A program made the translations under genes and the position numbers. A DNA stretch of 62,479 bases, counting the filler, from Globobulimina sp. (lineage: Eukaryota): the NCBI GenBank assembly GCA_003354225.1. It is 23 parts of 23 records of this genome, joined end to end, with 100 filler letters (N's around TTAATTAATTAA, not from the genome) between each part and the next. Parts side by side here need not be neighbours in the genome. Positions count along the whole stretch, not along the records: positions 32,663 to 35,282 come from PIVH01005681.1; positions 35,383 to 38,002 come from PIVH01005682.1; positions 38,103 to 40,722 come from PIVH01005683.1; positions 40,823 to 43,442 come from PIVH01005684.1; positions 43,543 to 46,162 come from PIVH01005685.1; positions 46,263 to 48,882 come from PIVH01005686.1; 17 more parts are not named here. The stretch is one strand, 5' to 3'. Below the pieces are notes generated by a model. The model did not search any database. It worked only from the letters and a program-made list of their open reading frames with translations, and was not told the DNA's origin. Positions 32,663-46,633 of this stretch are shown here, piece by piece. Each line of letters opens with the position of its first letter. Positions within the stretch are counted from its first letter, which is position 1.

Positions 32663-35282
32663 AATTCATTAAAATTCAATTCCATATCATCATCACTAAA
32701 ATGGTCCTCATGGTCATCACAACTGCTCCACGTTTGCTTTAATTGCTTGCTATTCTCAATGTTCCCATTCAAGTTCAATGTCGGCGATGGTAATAACAAC
32801 ACGCTCCGCACCGAATTATACGAATTATTATTATTCACATTGTCATATATTATATCTGCAGAACCGACCCGCTTTGTAGCGTCTGTATAGGCCGTACCAT
32901 CACATACAAAATCAGACTTATCCCATTTCCATAATTTAATGCTCCCATTCGAATAAGCGCTCATTAAATGTGTGCCAAATGATTCCAAACATGTCACTCT
33001 GTCGCCATGTCCTCGCAAAATGCTCTCTTTCTCCCAATTACAATTGCTTGCCTCAGCACAATTATTGCCAATGTGCCAAATGTGAATCTCGCCCGAACGG
33101 CCACCAACAATCAATTTCAAATCGCGAATAAAAAATGATATGCCTTTGAATCCAAAATGACTCGAAACATTACACATTATCTCTCGCGACAACACGCCCA
33201 ATTGTTGCAAGTGCTGCTTCTTTTTCTTTGGCTTATTCTTGACTTTATTTTTAGTGCCAGCTCCATTCTCCAACGCTGTGGATGGGCCCGGCATTGCTGC
33301 CATGAATACCGATTTTAGCACATCGGGCGCGTCCTCATTGTTCAATATATCCTCAGTGGTGTCAGTCCCACAGAAATTCAATATGGTGTCCTGGATCACA
33401 GTCTTCTCCTTTTTCGGGATCTCATCGTACAAACTATTCAATGACACATACGAACTGTTGGCTGGCTCATCCTCTTCCTCCTCCTCCTCCTCATTACCAT
33501 CCATATCGCATAGCAGCGGCAATTGCAAAGCATGCAAATGTTCGTTCCAGATTGTGATATGACACAAGGGATAGGGATTGGGAAAGATTGTGAAGTCCAA
33601 CACAGGATTGGCACCGTAGTGCAGTATGGACAGATTGATTAACTGCGTGGCACTCCAAATGGTAATAAATCCATCCTTGGAGCCAGAGATTAAGATATCG
33701 CCAAATACTTTTAATGAGGTTATCATTCCGCGATGGCCACACACCAAATTGCCTAAATATTCTACGCTTCCTATTGCATTGATACGTTTGTCCAATGACG
33801 AGGTGGCGACATTGGCATTGCCCACGGAATGGGTCGAAGATCCAGATAGATTTCGCTTTAATTCGTCCGAGTCATTGTTACTGTCGATGTTTACATTTTG
33901 TTGCAGTTTGCTAAACTTCCAAAATTGAATGAGGTTTGACTGCGAGCTGGCAAAAATATGCTCGGATGACACTGCAATGCAACTGACATCGCCGTAGCCC
34001 TCAGACGAAAATACCACGCTACACGCATTGCAGTCGCATGTTGTGTTGAAGGCAAAGCCATTGTATTTCCAGATCTTTTTGTTTGGACTCGCTTCAAACT
34101 GCAAAAGGAAATATGTAATCAAGGCAACTAAACTCTGATTTGCCGCTTGTGGCCAGTAAACAGCCAATATGGATGGGCGAAGGGCTGCGTCGCCACGCCA
34201 AACGAGGGCTGATTGAACAGCCAGGCATTATGCGACAGTCCCTGTATTTTAGCATTCCGTTTGTTGAACATGGCAGTCATGGCAGCCATCGCTTGATCCG
34301 TCAGAATGTCCCAGATTTGTATACCTAATTCAGAGGTCGAGATGACTTTGTTCCAAAACAAAACCAGACACCTCACGGCTAAATCCTTTTTATTACAATT
34401 GTCGTTCTGATTTATGTTGTGGTTTATATGCGGTGCGATGTAGGTCAATAAGCCATGGCCATTGTGGTTGAGATTGTTATTTTTGTTGTTTATAAAATTC
34501 ACCGTAGGATTTAATTGTTTGCATTGCGGGTCATAGCCAATGATGGTTTCCATGCTCCGCCAGATTAAACCTAGCGAGCCACCGATACTGATCTCGTGTT
34601 TGCGGATGGAATCGCGGTTTATTTCACGCCGCTCGTAGGCCAAAGGACGAGTGGCGTCGTCCAATGAGTGCAAGGATAGGTTTATAGAGCTCGAATGCGG
34701 CGCATCGTACAGTTCGGAGGAGATGTTGCGGTTTAAATTCAGTGGCGTTTCCCCGGAGAGGATCTCTGTCGGCAGATGGCTGACTAAATAGGACTGCAAT
34801 TGCGGCGTTTGTAGCGATATGAAGCTGCTCAGCAAACTGCAAAACAGAAACAGAAACACAAAGCGTTTCCATAGACAATATATTTGTGAATTGTTACCTG
34901 TGTAATTGGTGGACTTGGTGCTGCAAATTGTTGCAGTTGTTTTGGAGTGTCGTGATTTGGTGGTCGCGTTTTTTGATCATAGCTTTCATTTTCTCGAAAC
35001 AACAGTCGTCGATTATGTGTTGCTTCAATGATTGAGTGTCGCCTTCAAATTTGCAGCCACGGCGCCAATGGGGACAGCCTCTGATTCGCGTCGGCGGTCT
35101 GTATCTGACGGTTTGTAACAAATTGCTGTCGGTTTCATTGAGGGTGGAATGTGTGTCGTTGCTCGATGTGCTGGAATTGGTCGACGTTGTGGCGCCGGAA
35201 CCGTCAGATAAATATTCGCCATATACTTCCTTTATTTTGGCCAAATGTTTTTCTTTTCGTTTTTCACGCAGTACAAATTCAT
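32663..35282 (-). CDS. TRAF7-like protein (TRAF-type zinc finger, coiled coil, WD40 repeats); partial
   Basis: CPHWRRGCKFEG...LKQHIIDDC, a coiled coil, and WD repeats GHRGMITSL...SGSKDGFITIWS and GHGDRVTCL...GSIKLWK. Putative introns at 34897-34837 and 34133-34099. Confidence 0.7.
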
Positions 35283-35943
35283 NNNNNNNNNNNNNNNNNN
35301 NNNNNNNNNNNNNNNNNNNNNNNNNNTTAATTAATTAANNNNNNNNNNNNNNNNNNNNNNNNNNNNNNNNNNNNNNNNNNNNTGCTTCAGATTTATCTAA
35401 ACTATAAATGAGAATAGGCAAGTAATCAAACAGAAAACGAAATTCGAAACACGGTTTTTAGTTTGATTTACAATGAATCAAAACTTTAACGTCAATTTAA
35501 GTCAATTTATCTTCAATTTACATATGGCATTCAAAATGGTCAAATTGTATAAAATTATCTTGAACATCATCAGTAATGGTATAACTAAAATCAAGCGAAT
35601 AACATCAAATGCAATACATACAGTATTACACTCCATTAAGAGTCGATGTCTGAGTATGTCAACCCATGCTTCACTATGGGGACCACATTTTTTGAAGGTT
35701 CGAATTTTAAAATTTAAATTCCTGAAAATGATAGACTTTGATGAGTTGTATATGCACCAGAGAGGATTTTGAATTTCGCGAAAAATTTCGCGAGATATCG
35801 CGGATTATGTCGTGAAAATTCAAACGACCGTAACTTCCTCAATTTTCATCCTAGAGCTTCAATGTTTTTTTCATTGGATTCCTCTTTAAAAGACCTTTCA
35901 TTTAAAAAAAAAATCGACCAGAAAATTCGCGGTCTTAGAGGAG

Positions 35944-38002
35944 TTATTATTATTATTATCATTTATTCGCGTAGGTTACACGCACTTGCATGATGTTAAT
36001 AATCACAATCACAAACAAGGATCACAAAAAGTTAGTAAATACACAAAATAACTTTCACAAAGTAGATATATAGGCAAGAATCTCAATGATTTCACCATGA
36101 TTAAGCCCACAATCTGCTTGTCCATCCAAGCAGCAATTAAGCTCTTCAATTTGGGCAGCTGTACGGATATTAACATCTGTTGGTTGATTTTTGTTATTCA
36201 AATTGTTTAAATAAACTGTGTTGTTTACTAGGATTGATTGGTTGACACCCATTGCCGTTTCTGCAAGCTGACGAACAACTGGGTTTTCAGACACTATCAA
36301 TTTCCCTGCAAACGTTTTGCATCTTTTTGCGATTTGGTCTTGAAGATTGTCAATACCGGCAAGAATAGGCAGCAGGTTTGAATGTGCCATTGGAGGCAAC
36401 TTCCACACTCTGCGTTGCACCACATTCCAGGATGTCCGAATTCGCTCAGTGGCTTGATTACTTAACTTCCAGGATTGACACCCATAAGCCGATGTACAAT
36501 ATGTTTGAATTAAACCAGATTTAACTTTAGCCGGAGCTACTGCAAAAGCACTTAAAACATAGTTTGCTTGCTGCACAAAGTGTGAACGCTTATTATCAAT
36601 ATCAGTTTGATCAGTAAGGCTGGAATTGATCAGGGTGCCTAAGTACTTAAACTTATCGACCCATTCAACTCTCCGGCCAGCTACTTCAACCACTGGTAGA
36701 TCTTCTACAACAACTCTTTTCTTGGAAAAAGCCATGCACTTCGTTTTTGTGGGATTGAATTTCACTTTATATTCATTCCCAAACTGCTCCATAACTGATA
36801 TCATTTTTATTAGACCATCAATTGTAGGTGCTGTTAAGGTCAAGTCATCAGCGTATGCAAGACCACCAACAAAGCATCCATTTATATGGCAACCAGCATT
36901 GGATTTCTCTAACCTAGACAACAATTCGTCCATATACACAGAGAAAAGCACTGCACTGGCAACAGCACCTTGTCTTACTCCATTGGTGACTGGAATTGTT
37001 TCTGACTCCTTACAATTCCAAACAGCCGAAACTCTCTGTCGCACATAACCATCATATATTAGTCTAATGATGGGCCCAGGAACACCACGTTTTAGTAATA
37101 AACTGAATAACATACTGAAGTCCACCAGGTCGAATGCCTTTGTCGCATCAACAAAGCAGGCATAAACAACCGAGCTGTTAGACCAGAAATAGTGCACTGT
37201 TTCCTTCATAGCAGTAGTGCACATAGCAGTAGAATGTTTAGCTTTGTATGCAAATTGTTGTGGCATAGTTGCAAGACATGTTTCACCATATCTCGCTACG
37301 ATAACTAAATCCAGAATTTTTGCAATACTCGAAACCAAGGCAATACCTCTGTAATTGTCAGAGTTACATAGATTTCCTTTAGTATCCTTGGGAATTGAGA
37401 CCAGCTTGGCATCAAGGAGAGCAAGTGGGGTATAGCCGTGTATAAGCATTGTGCTAAACAACTGGCTGAGCCGCCCAGCTAGCATTCCACCTCCATGAAT
37501 CAAGTGATTGCTATAGAATGATTTTCCGTCATGCTTGTCAGGTCTGAGACGTATTAGGGCCCTCTTAACTTCATCAATGGTTACAGTACACGAATCAATT
37601 GGTGACGATTTTGCTCGCATTTCAATTTTGTCTTTCACTTCTTTGTTTTGGTGTTCATTTACATTCATATTATATATATGTTCATATTTTTCAGCAAACG
37701 CGTCTGCAATAGCTTGGTCACCAGTCAGACCATCCATTTGGACAGCACATGACCGATTTCGCCCTGCTAATTTGCTAAGCTCTGAGAAAAAGTCCTTTGT
37801 TTTATTTTCGGCAGCTAACTGCCCAAGTTTCAAGCGACATAGCTGTTTCTGATCCTTCATACATTTTTTGCAAGCATCATGATACTTTTTGCGCGTGTTT
37901 CGCATAATGTCAGTAATAACACCTTGAGGAGGTCTTCCATTATCCACCCAGAGATGATGCCAGAAAAGAGAGGTGTCACGCAATGGCTCCACCACTTCTT
38001 TC
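35944..38002 (-). mobile_element. Non-LTR retrotransposon (LINE, probably APE-type): RT ORF 36055-37995, 3' UTR and (TAA)n tail; 5'-truncated by the contig end
   Basis: IPK, NYRGIAL, QFAYK, FVDATKAFD, GVRQGAVAS, LAYADD, FNPTKT, KYLG. AATAAA at 35967-35962 followed by (TAA)5 at 35959-35944. Confidence 0.93.
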
Positions 38003-38529
38003 NNNNNNNNNNNNNNNNNNNNNNNNNNNNNNNNNNNNNNNNNNNNTTAATTAATTAANNNNNNNNNNNNNNNNNNNNNNNNNNNNNNNNNNNNNNNNNN
38101 NNGCTGTGTGTGTGTAGTACCTCTTATTACCACCAAATACATCCCATTTTTAATTTCATTCTCAATATCAATTCATTTTTAAGAGAAGTAAAATGACTCC
38201 ATTTAATTAAATTAAAGTTCGTAACAAAGAACCAAGAACTCAAAATAAAAACGAAAATAAGTAATAAAAAGAAAAATGAGTAATAAAAAGGGAAAAAGAA
38301 TTAAATAATTGATTAATAAAACAGTTACTCAAAATAAGGTGTAATTAATAAGATATTGCTCAAAACATGTAACAAATGATTGATATAAAACTCAAACCAA
38401 TGTATAATTTCCAAACATAACTTTTCAAACAAAATAAAAACAGTTTTAAAGTCAAACAATCAATAATTTAATAAAACAAAAATATAAATTTTTGCTATAA
38501 GTCATAGAATGTGAATAGATTTAGCTGGA

Positions 38530-40722
38530 TTATGTGCGATAAATGTCGTAATGGTTTAAAACAGCGATTGCATTTGCTTTCATCAGACAGGAACTGATAT
38601 ATTGAAAACAAAAACCGATCGAATCAGGAATATCAATGTTCATATTCGCGGCTCGTCGTTCAGCAATTTGCTTAATTAATTTTACTGATTCTTTGTGATG
38701 TCCGCCAAAATCCTCAATGATAATGGGGACATACACCAATTGTCGTGTATTTATGTGATTATCATTAACATATTTCTTGTATTTATTGATTTTGTGATTA
38801 TAAAACTTGTTCGCCGACGTTAATAAATGTTTTCCTGCCGCTAAGTAATTGTTCTCGGAACAAGCTGAGGTAATACCGATATCAAATGCATATTCTTCGC
38901 CATTGAGTCCCCAATTTTTGATAAATATATCGGCCGGTTTCAATAGTTTCTCGTCGAAAAGATGTCTCAATTCAATGGAATGATCAATTTTTGCTTGCGT
39001 CATCAGTGTAGAGTAAGATTTCACGACAAGGTCATGTCTAAGAATGATACCTTGGCCGTGTTTACATACGGCGGCATGGTCGCCATATTGATCTAAAATC
39101 GAATAACAACATAGGCATTGTTCATCAGGCGCAATCATTGCGACTCTTAATCTCTTTTTAATTATGATACGTAACTCCGAATTCGTGTATATTTGGCCAT
39201 ATCCACTTCGCATTGCAACGTTAAGAAAAGCTCCGGCGTTTTTATTCATCATTGCTAATATCGCTGCTTTATTTTTACCTGTTTTACAATGAATGATCGT
39301 ATTCAATTGCTTACATTGTATATTTTTCGTCATCCACTTTGTTGTATGTTTTGTTCTGTCATATTGCTTAATTTTATGCCGATCTGCAACAGACGCATTG
39401 TAATTAGATATACATCGATCGATGCGGAGTTCAACTTCTTTTTCATATCCTTTTATAACGTCCTCGTCCGCTAAACGTGGTATTAATTCTAATGCGGCCA
39501 TGAGGGCAGGTAAATATATTGCATATATTTTGTCAGTTGCTGTACGTATACCTAATCCAGCTTTATTTACTGACAATGTGCATTGTAGCCATTGTTGATA
39601 AGTCAAATTGAAACCGCATAAATCATTGAATTGTTCACGAAGCATCAAATCGAACTTTCTTGCGATAAAAATGGATTGTTTGGGCGATATGCGCCTTAAC
39701 CAATAAACGATCTGCGATAAATTCGTATAATTCTTAAAAATATTTAATGCAAATTGGGCGTTGTTGAAAGATTTAGTCCGAATCAATGATTTTAATATCC
39801 CTTCTAATTTTTTCTCCATGTATTTATTTACGTGTTGTTGTGTACCAATGGGGATATTTAGACATTCGCTTTGGCCGTTTTCGCAACGTTTAAATAGCGC
39901 CAATGCATCTGATGTGAGATGGGATATGTCCTCCCACGCACAACCCAGCGTAATGACACTCTTTTTATTGTTCAAAAAATAGCCAGCATCGGGGCCCAAG
40001 TCGTTGATAATATCAATGTATAAATTTGCGTCAAGTATAGACATTAATGAAAAGTTGTCATCAACGAACGATGCTTTTGCTTTAATCTTAAAATCGGGCT
40101 TTAATTGTTGCGCTTTGGCATATATTTTACGGAAGAAATGTTTCTGAGAGAGGCCGCAATTGCCGTTGCTGCCAGCTTGGCCTTGATATAATCCTTCCTC
40201 TGCTTCAAATTGGTCGCCATTCGGTAATACTAATTTATTATTTCTGCCGTATAACTGATAATTTAGTAAATATTGCGATGGGATATCTTCGTGTATCTGC
40301 TTCAATAAAAATTTCCGTATTAATTCACCAAAGCAATTCGTCCAATCAGTTTGCAATATGCAACTTTCTGTATTCGTCATAATATATTTGACTGACATTT
40401 CAAATGTAAGAACCATTGCTTCGCCGCCACATTTTTCTTCACTGATTTGAATCGGATCTCTTGCCGCTTCAATCTGTGATTTGTGGACACGTTTGCTCGT
40501 CGCGATGGATAGTGACGGCATAAGATTGCCAATTGTTATTGGTCTGATATCGATTTTCTTTTTATTCGCCGGTATAACTCTGCCGCCATTTACGTATTGG
40601 ATGACGTTGTTGTGTACTTTGCCGTTAATAAATAGTAAAATGACTGCTTTAACTTCATGTTCTAATTTTGTTCCCCCCCGGTTCTTCCACATTTGAATAA
40701 AATGTTTGGTGGAAATACCTGA
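38530..40722 (-). mobile_element. Non-LTR retrotransposon with RT plus restriction-like endonuclease (CRE/R2-type); 5'-partial
   Basis: IRPITIG, QTDWTNCF, GLYQG, FVDD, LNNKKS, GLGIR, zinc knuckle CLCC...DQYGDHAAVC, RHD, KPADIF, AFDIGI, KINKY. Confidence 0.9.
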
Positions 40723-40822
40723 NNNNNNNNNNNNNNNNNNNNNNNNNNNNNNNNNNNNNNNNNNNNTTAATTAATTAANNNNNNNNNNNNNNNNNNNNNN
40801 NNNNNNNNNNNNNNNNNNNNNN

Positions 40823-43442
40823 CCACGCGCTCGACCGGCCCTTCATCGTCGTCATTCACAAATATCTCTTTAAATACATCAATACAGGATCCACGTTGTA
40901 CAATTGGATCAATTTCAGCTCGAATGCTCATACCAAATTCATCAAATTCTTCCTCATCACTCAATTCATCTCTTTTTATGTCATCATTGGATTCATATTT
41001 ATTTTCTTCGTCATCACCATCAGAATAATCATCATATTTACTTTCATGCTCAACCGGGTCCGTTTTCGCAAATTTCTTTTTAAAATTGGCAAATTCTTTA
41101 TTATTATTTGCTTTTTTATCATCGATAAAAAATTCATAACAAATATTCATCGGATTCTTTTGTAAAAACAGCAAAGCCGTCTTGAGACCAAAACTTTTGA
41201 ATATATTTCTCCAAAAATGTTTCCCTAATAAATAAGCACACCCTTTCTGCGGCAAAAACTGCTTAAATTGATACAATTTCATATTTTTCTCGATTGGCCG
41301 TACGTGCCCTTTTATTTTCGAAGGCTTTGCATCGTTCCAATATCTTTGCAAAAACGATACCTGCTGTTCTGCCTCATCTTTCTTACTCTGACTCTCAATA
41401 AATTCATTGTTAAATCCTTTCTTTTGTTCAAATTTATATTTCCGTAGAATCAAATAAAAGATTGGAGCTCCCCAATGATCCCATTCCGTTTTAATGGATT
41501 TCACTTTAATGTATTGATCCGAATTAAAAGATCCCTGGAAAGATTTAATAATTTGCTTCTTCGAATATTTCTTTTCCATTCGAACACAGTGATTGGACCG
41601 ATTACTCACTGAATTCCATATTCTTAATATTCTCCACGGTGTACTCACTAACATCACACAGCACAATGGCACACATAATAAATCGCGAATAGCTCGCATA
41701 CATTCGGCAATACATACTTTTCTTCGTAATACGGTCCTATTTCCATCATAATGATAATCTGCATAAGTAATAAAAAATAGTTTTAAAAACGGCACCGTTC
41801 GCACAATGGATAATGCCGAAAATAAACCAAATGGCACAAACAATACATCCAAAAATACTTTTTTTGCATTTCCCCGTACAATCTTTCGAAACTTCTCTTC
41901 ATTTTCTTTATTGGTCGAAAAAGCTAAATCCGCCACGTCTAATAAAAACGTACTTTGTTGCGTCACTTCCATACGTTCTAACTCACGTTCTTGCTTTCGA
42001 TTTACCTGCGTTTTCCTATCATTTTTGCCACATTTACAGCCCCAAATTAATGGCAACGCACTAAATATACAATACGCGCGTACAATGGTAACAATACAAA
42101 ACAACGCCATAAGAAAAGTGGGTAAATCCATTAAGAAAAATTCAACAATCGACTGAATGGCTAATTTTGTAGTTGACGTTTGCTTTTCAGCCCTAACTCG
42201 CGTCCAGGCATCATCTGGCAAACTTGCCTCGTCTTTGTTGCCTTTCTGCTCACTTTGCGATTTTTGTTGGATATACTCAATGGTGGATGCTTTGTCAATC
42301 CTCTGTTTAATGAATTCAATATCAGATATATCATCTTGTATCGATAATTTCTGTACTATTTGTGCTGCAGCAGCACCGTCACCATCAGCAAACAGTTGCT
42401 GCTGTTCCTGTCGTTGTTGCTCATCTAAGTTTTGCATCACTTTTAAGGTTTCGTCGGCTAAGCGAATCTTTAATATCCAGCGTTCTTTTGTAGCTTCGTG
42501 ATAAGGTATTTTCGCTCTGAACTCTGCGTATTGTCGATCCGCGTATATTCCATCTTCATTTTCCAGCCACGCCAACCAAGTTTGATACACTGTGCGTACT
42601 CGTTTCGTATGTTTGTGTCTATATTTATCCACCATCCACTTCTCTTGATTTAATTGTTGCTGGTTTCCTTCCTGTCGGCTCATTTGATGCCGGCACCAAT
42701 ATACAAAATCCTTTTCGTCTTCGGCGTATTTGTAAACATCTTGCTGTAATCGCCATGGATCATATTCTAATTTATACCGTCTGTAGTTCAATGCCAATCG
42801 CTTGCATTGAATGAATATCTTTCGAAATTGCAAAAATACCAATTTTAATACAAAGGTCAAAGATTGGATGATCAAAATACGTAAAACATCGGTGAACATT
42901 TTTAATATACAATGGGTCAAAGAAAAATAAACCATTCCTGCGGTCTGCAATGTTCTTTTTGTTTTGACTTTTTTCTTTTTTTTATCATTATCCTGTCCAA
43001 CCAATAGTATTTGCTCCTTTTCTTCCTCCTCATTATCACTCAATTGCGGCGCTGATGGCTTCGCGTTTTCTTTGCCGGCATCTAAAGCTCGCACAATGTG
43101 TACCGGTCCATCATGAGACGGCTGTACTTCTTTAGGTTTGCAGCAGTTTACATTCTTCATACAACATAGAAATCCGCCGCTGACCATGGCTTTGAAATCT
43201 CTCCATTGCCGCATCGTCACATACTTGAATGTGGGCCATATCACAGGCCAATACAAGAAGGACAGCATAAACATTGGAAATAATATCAATACATCAATGC
43301 ATATCCAATGCAGTGCATGTTTCAATATCAATAATCGGACCTTCATCATCGAGATGACATCTAATGAAGAATAGGTGATTCTAAATCTGCCACCAGCCGG
43401 CAATTCACCTTCTTTTAATACAATTTTGCCATCGTCTTTAAC
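40823..43442 (-). CDS. Large multi-pass membrane protein of unknown function; partial
   Basis: ORF over 860 aa spanning the contig, with repeated D-x-P...hydrophobic...R hairpin segments (MDLPTFLMALFCIVTIVR, DVLFVPFGLFSALSIVR, DLLCVPLCCVMLVSTPWR). Confidence 0.65.
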
Positions 43443-43542
43443 NNNNNNNNNNNNNNNNNNNNNNNNNNNNNNNNNNNNNNNNNNNNTTAATTAATTAANN
43501 NNNNNNNNNNNNNNNNNNNNNNNNNNNNNNNNNNNNNNNNNN

Positions 43543-44545
43543 CTACGCATTTATAATTATCATTACATTGCAAGAAACAATGTTGACACACATTCCAACC
43601 ATCACAATCCAACCGACAATTTGTATTATTTGAACAGCTGAGATTCTTTCTTTCGCACAAATCAGTATACGGATCTAAACAGAGTATATATTCCGTATCT
43701 GCTTCTCCTACATTGCATTTGTTACGTTTCTAAAAAAACTTGTATATTATATATATATACAATATTTAACTCGCAAAACAGTCGCCAGAACCTGCAATAC
43801 ATTGAGGATTGTTTTCATTGTCAAAGCCAATATTACAGGATGTTATATTATCGCCACAATAAATTGTTCCCAATGCATATTCCTCACAATTCCCACCATT
43901 GTAATTGAAATCAATATTGCTAAATATCAAAAATATATATTATTAATTCACAGCTATAATAATAATATATTTACTATACTGTACCTAAAATCACCTCCAT
44001 TATAAATTGTTAAATCTTCCAAAGCGCCGTTCCCTTCAAAAAGAGATTGTGTATCCACACCGGTATGGACTGTAATTGATGAACAGCTGTCTGGCCCATC
44101 TCGATCCCGATCCGCACTTGTTTCATATTGATGACATCCTGTGATTGTCAATGAAGTGGATAATGTTGCATTGATGTTTAAACCCATACACTTTTGTCCG
44201 CCACCTCTTGTATCCCCACAGTTAACAGTGCATTTCCCGTTAGCTGGACAGTTGATGAATGCATCACGGCATGATCCCATATCATTAAACTCATCGAGAT
44301 CATGCACAGTTGACTGTACAATCGTTGTGATCCGCACAATTTAATGTGGAACTGGTGCATGAATAATATCCGGCACAATCTATTTGACAGTCGTCACCTG
44401 CAGAACATGAGACAGTTTGGCTATTACAATCATTTTCATCTGATTCATCTCCACCAGTTCCGTTGTTATGACATCTTATTTTATTTGTGCAATGGATGAG
44501 ATTAAAGACACAAATCAGTCCTAATAAAAAATGTGTAAGCGCCAT
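43543..44545 (-). CDS. Secreted Cys-rich repeat protein; spliced, with one frameshift near 44303
   Basis: Signal peptide MALTHFLLGLICVFNLIHC and C-x-G-x-x-S-C-type repeats continuing through downstream exons. Confidence 0.6.
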
Positions 44546-44913
44546 GTTCTAAAATGTGTAAGAAATCTATTTTCTAACAGGTGACGCTAACTTATTTAAT
44601 TAACCTCGTAAATTTCATAGTTTTCAATGGTCTCTTTCTTTCAAAAAAAAAAATTTACAATCAAACAATATAACAATTAAAGGGAGAGAAGAGAAGAAAG
44701 ACAATGCATTTCCTCGAATAATGATACTTGTATTACAATCATTACCATCTCCACAATAATTGTCACAATGCGATTAATCCTGTTTTTTAGTCATCTGTAT
44801 TTCAACGGTGTTAACATTTGTAACAGCATCTTCCGTTTCTCTTTTCCTTCCTTAAAAAGTGTAATGTATACAGACAGAATACGGTTAGTTGGATGTAGAA
44901 AATGTAAATTAGC

Positions 44914-46162
44914 TCAACTTTCGTCGATTGATTCTGAATAAAGTCGTTTCATTTGAGATTGGACCACAATATGTTTGATATCACTAATAATTGGTTTCCC
45001 TGATAATTCCCAGCTATCTTTAAAAATCAACTGTAGTTCTTCACTTTGTTGCGCCTCAACCAATACTTTATAAAAATCAATTTGCTCTTTATTCACATCA
45101 CCAAAATAAAAATGTACATCCACTTCAAATCCTTTCTTTATCTGAGTTGGTTTAACGACCTCAACCGCAGACGAATGAACACCAACAAACAATGCTAAGT
45201 GCGTTATTAATATATTTTTCCTGGTTTTGCAGTTCTTGGCTTTTGATGTAATTGCCGGACCCGTAATTTTCATTGATATGGCAACAAATCCTTGACTCTG
45301 TGATAAGCTTTTTTCCATCAACATGCTCAATACAGAAACAATAATGGACAGCAAAGAGAATATCATGGATGAAATTGTGATGGGATCAAATGAACCCACA
45401 TATACAACATACAATATTTGTAAACATAATTGAGGCAAATTCTATAATATTTATGAAACAAACAACATATATAAATATACATAAATATGAATATACTAAA
45501 CTTCCAATAATACGACGCTATATACACGTTTATATGCAAACGCCGACATTTCTTTTTGTGTCAATCCCATATCAAAGACATCTAACTGGAAAATATAGCT
45601 GTTCACCAATGATATGGCAGCAAACGAACTACCTGTTAAAGTTGATAAAATATAGAGCATTTTGGTTTTTTTAGCCAACCATCCACGAACTTGATCGGAT
45701 GAATGTAACCAATATGCTTTAGAATGTAGGTATAATTGAATAATAGTCATCGATGTTGGAATAATAATGAATGAGATGCATAATATTAATAGAAGCAAAT
45801 ATTTTGAATTTATTTTGTATTGCATACTTACGTTACCTGCAAAAAAACAATCGCTAATCATGTCTAATGCTTGCAAAGATATTCCTGAAATGTGAGATAT
45901 TTTTAAATAATCGTTGGTTCGGACCCATTTTGAGTCTGACCATGCTGCCAATGTAACAACAACCAATACGGATAACAATATAATAGCAACTGTTCGGAAT
46001 GTTGACTCTAAATTGTTTAAATCTGATGATGTGGCGGCTCCAGACATATTTGACGCATCTGTAGGAACAGTTGTTGGTGGTGGTGTTGGTTGTGGTGTTG
46101 GTTGACTCGTAGGTGATGGTGTTGGCTTTTTAGATGGATTGAATGTTGGGTTTTGGCTTGGA
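44914..46162 (-). CDS. Multi-pass membrane protein with an extracellular PT-rich stalk; partial
   Basis: PTPQPTPPPT stalk, several TMs (DMISD; LLE-NLPQLCLQILY, XK-like). Intron at 45501-45442. Confidence 0.65.
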
Positions 46163-46633
46163 NNNNNNNNNNNNNNNNNNNNNNNNNNNNNNNNNNNNNN
46201 NNNNNNTTAATTAATTAANNNNNNNNNNNNNNNNNNNNNNNNNNNNNNNNNNNNNNNNNNNNGGTTTGAAACACATTGTTTTTAAAATCCGCAAATTCGC
46301 AAGTCGTTTTGTTCGGAGATGGTGATGACCTCTCCATAGGTTTCAAACAGGTACTATTCTAAAGTACATAATTATATATATAGATATAGTGCAAGCTTGA
46401 TGCGCATGTTGACGACCTTCACTGCAATTACATGGATGCCAATCATGCCATACATAATTTGGATGATTTATATCCTTCAATTGATTAACAAATCTCACAC
46501 TTTGTAAATCTCACACAAACAAGTCATATTAAAACGAATAAAAAAATTTGGAAAAAAATTGGCGAGGATAATCTAAAAGCTAATCCATGTAAACCCAAGT
46601 ACGGGTAATGTTTATTATTAATGTATAGTATTA

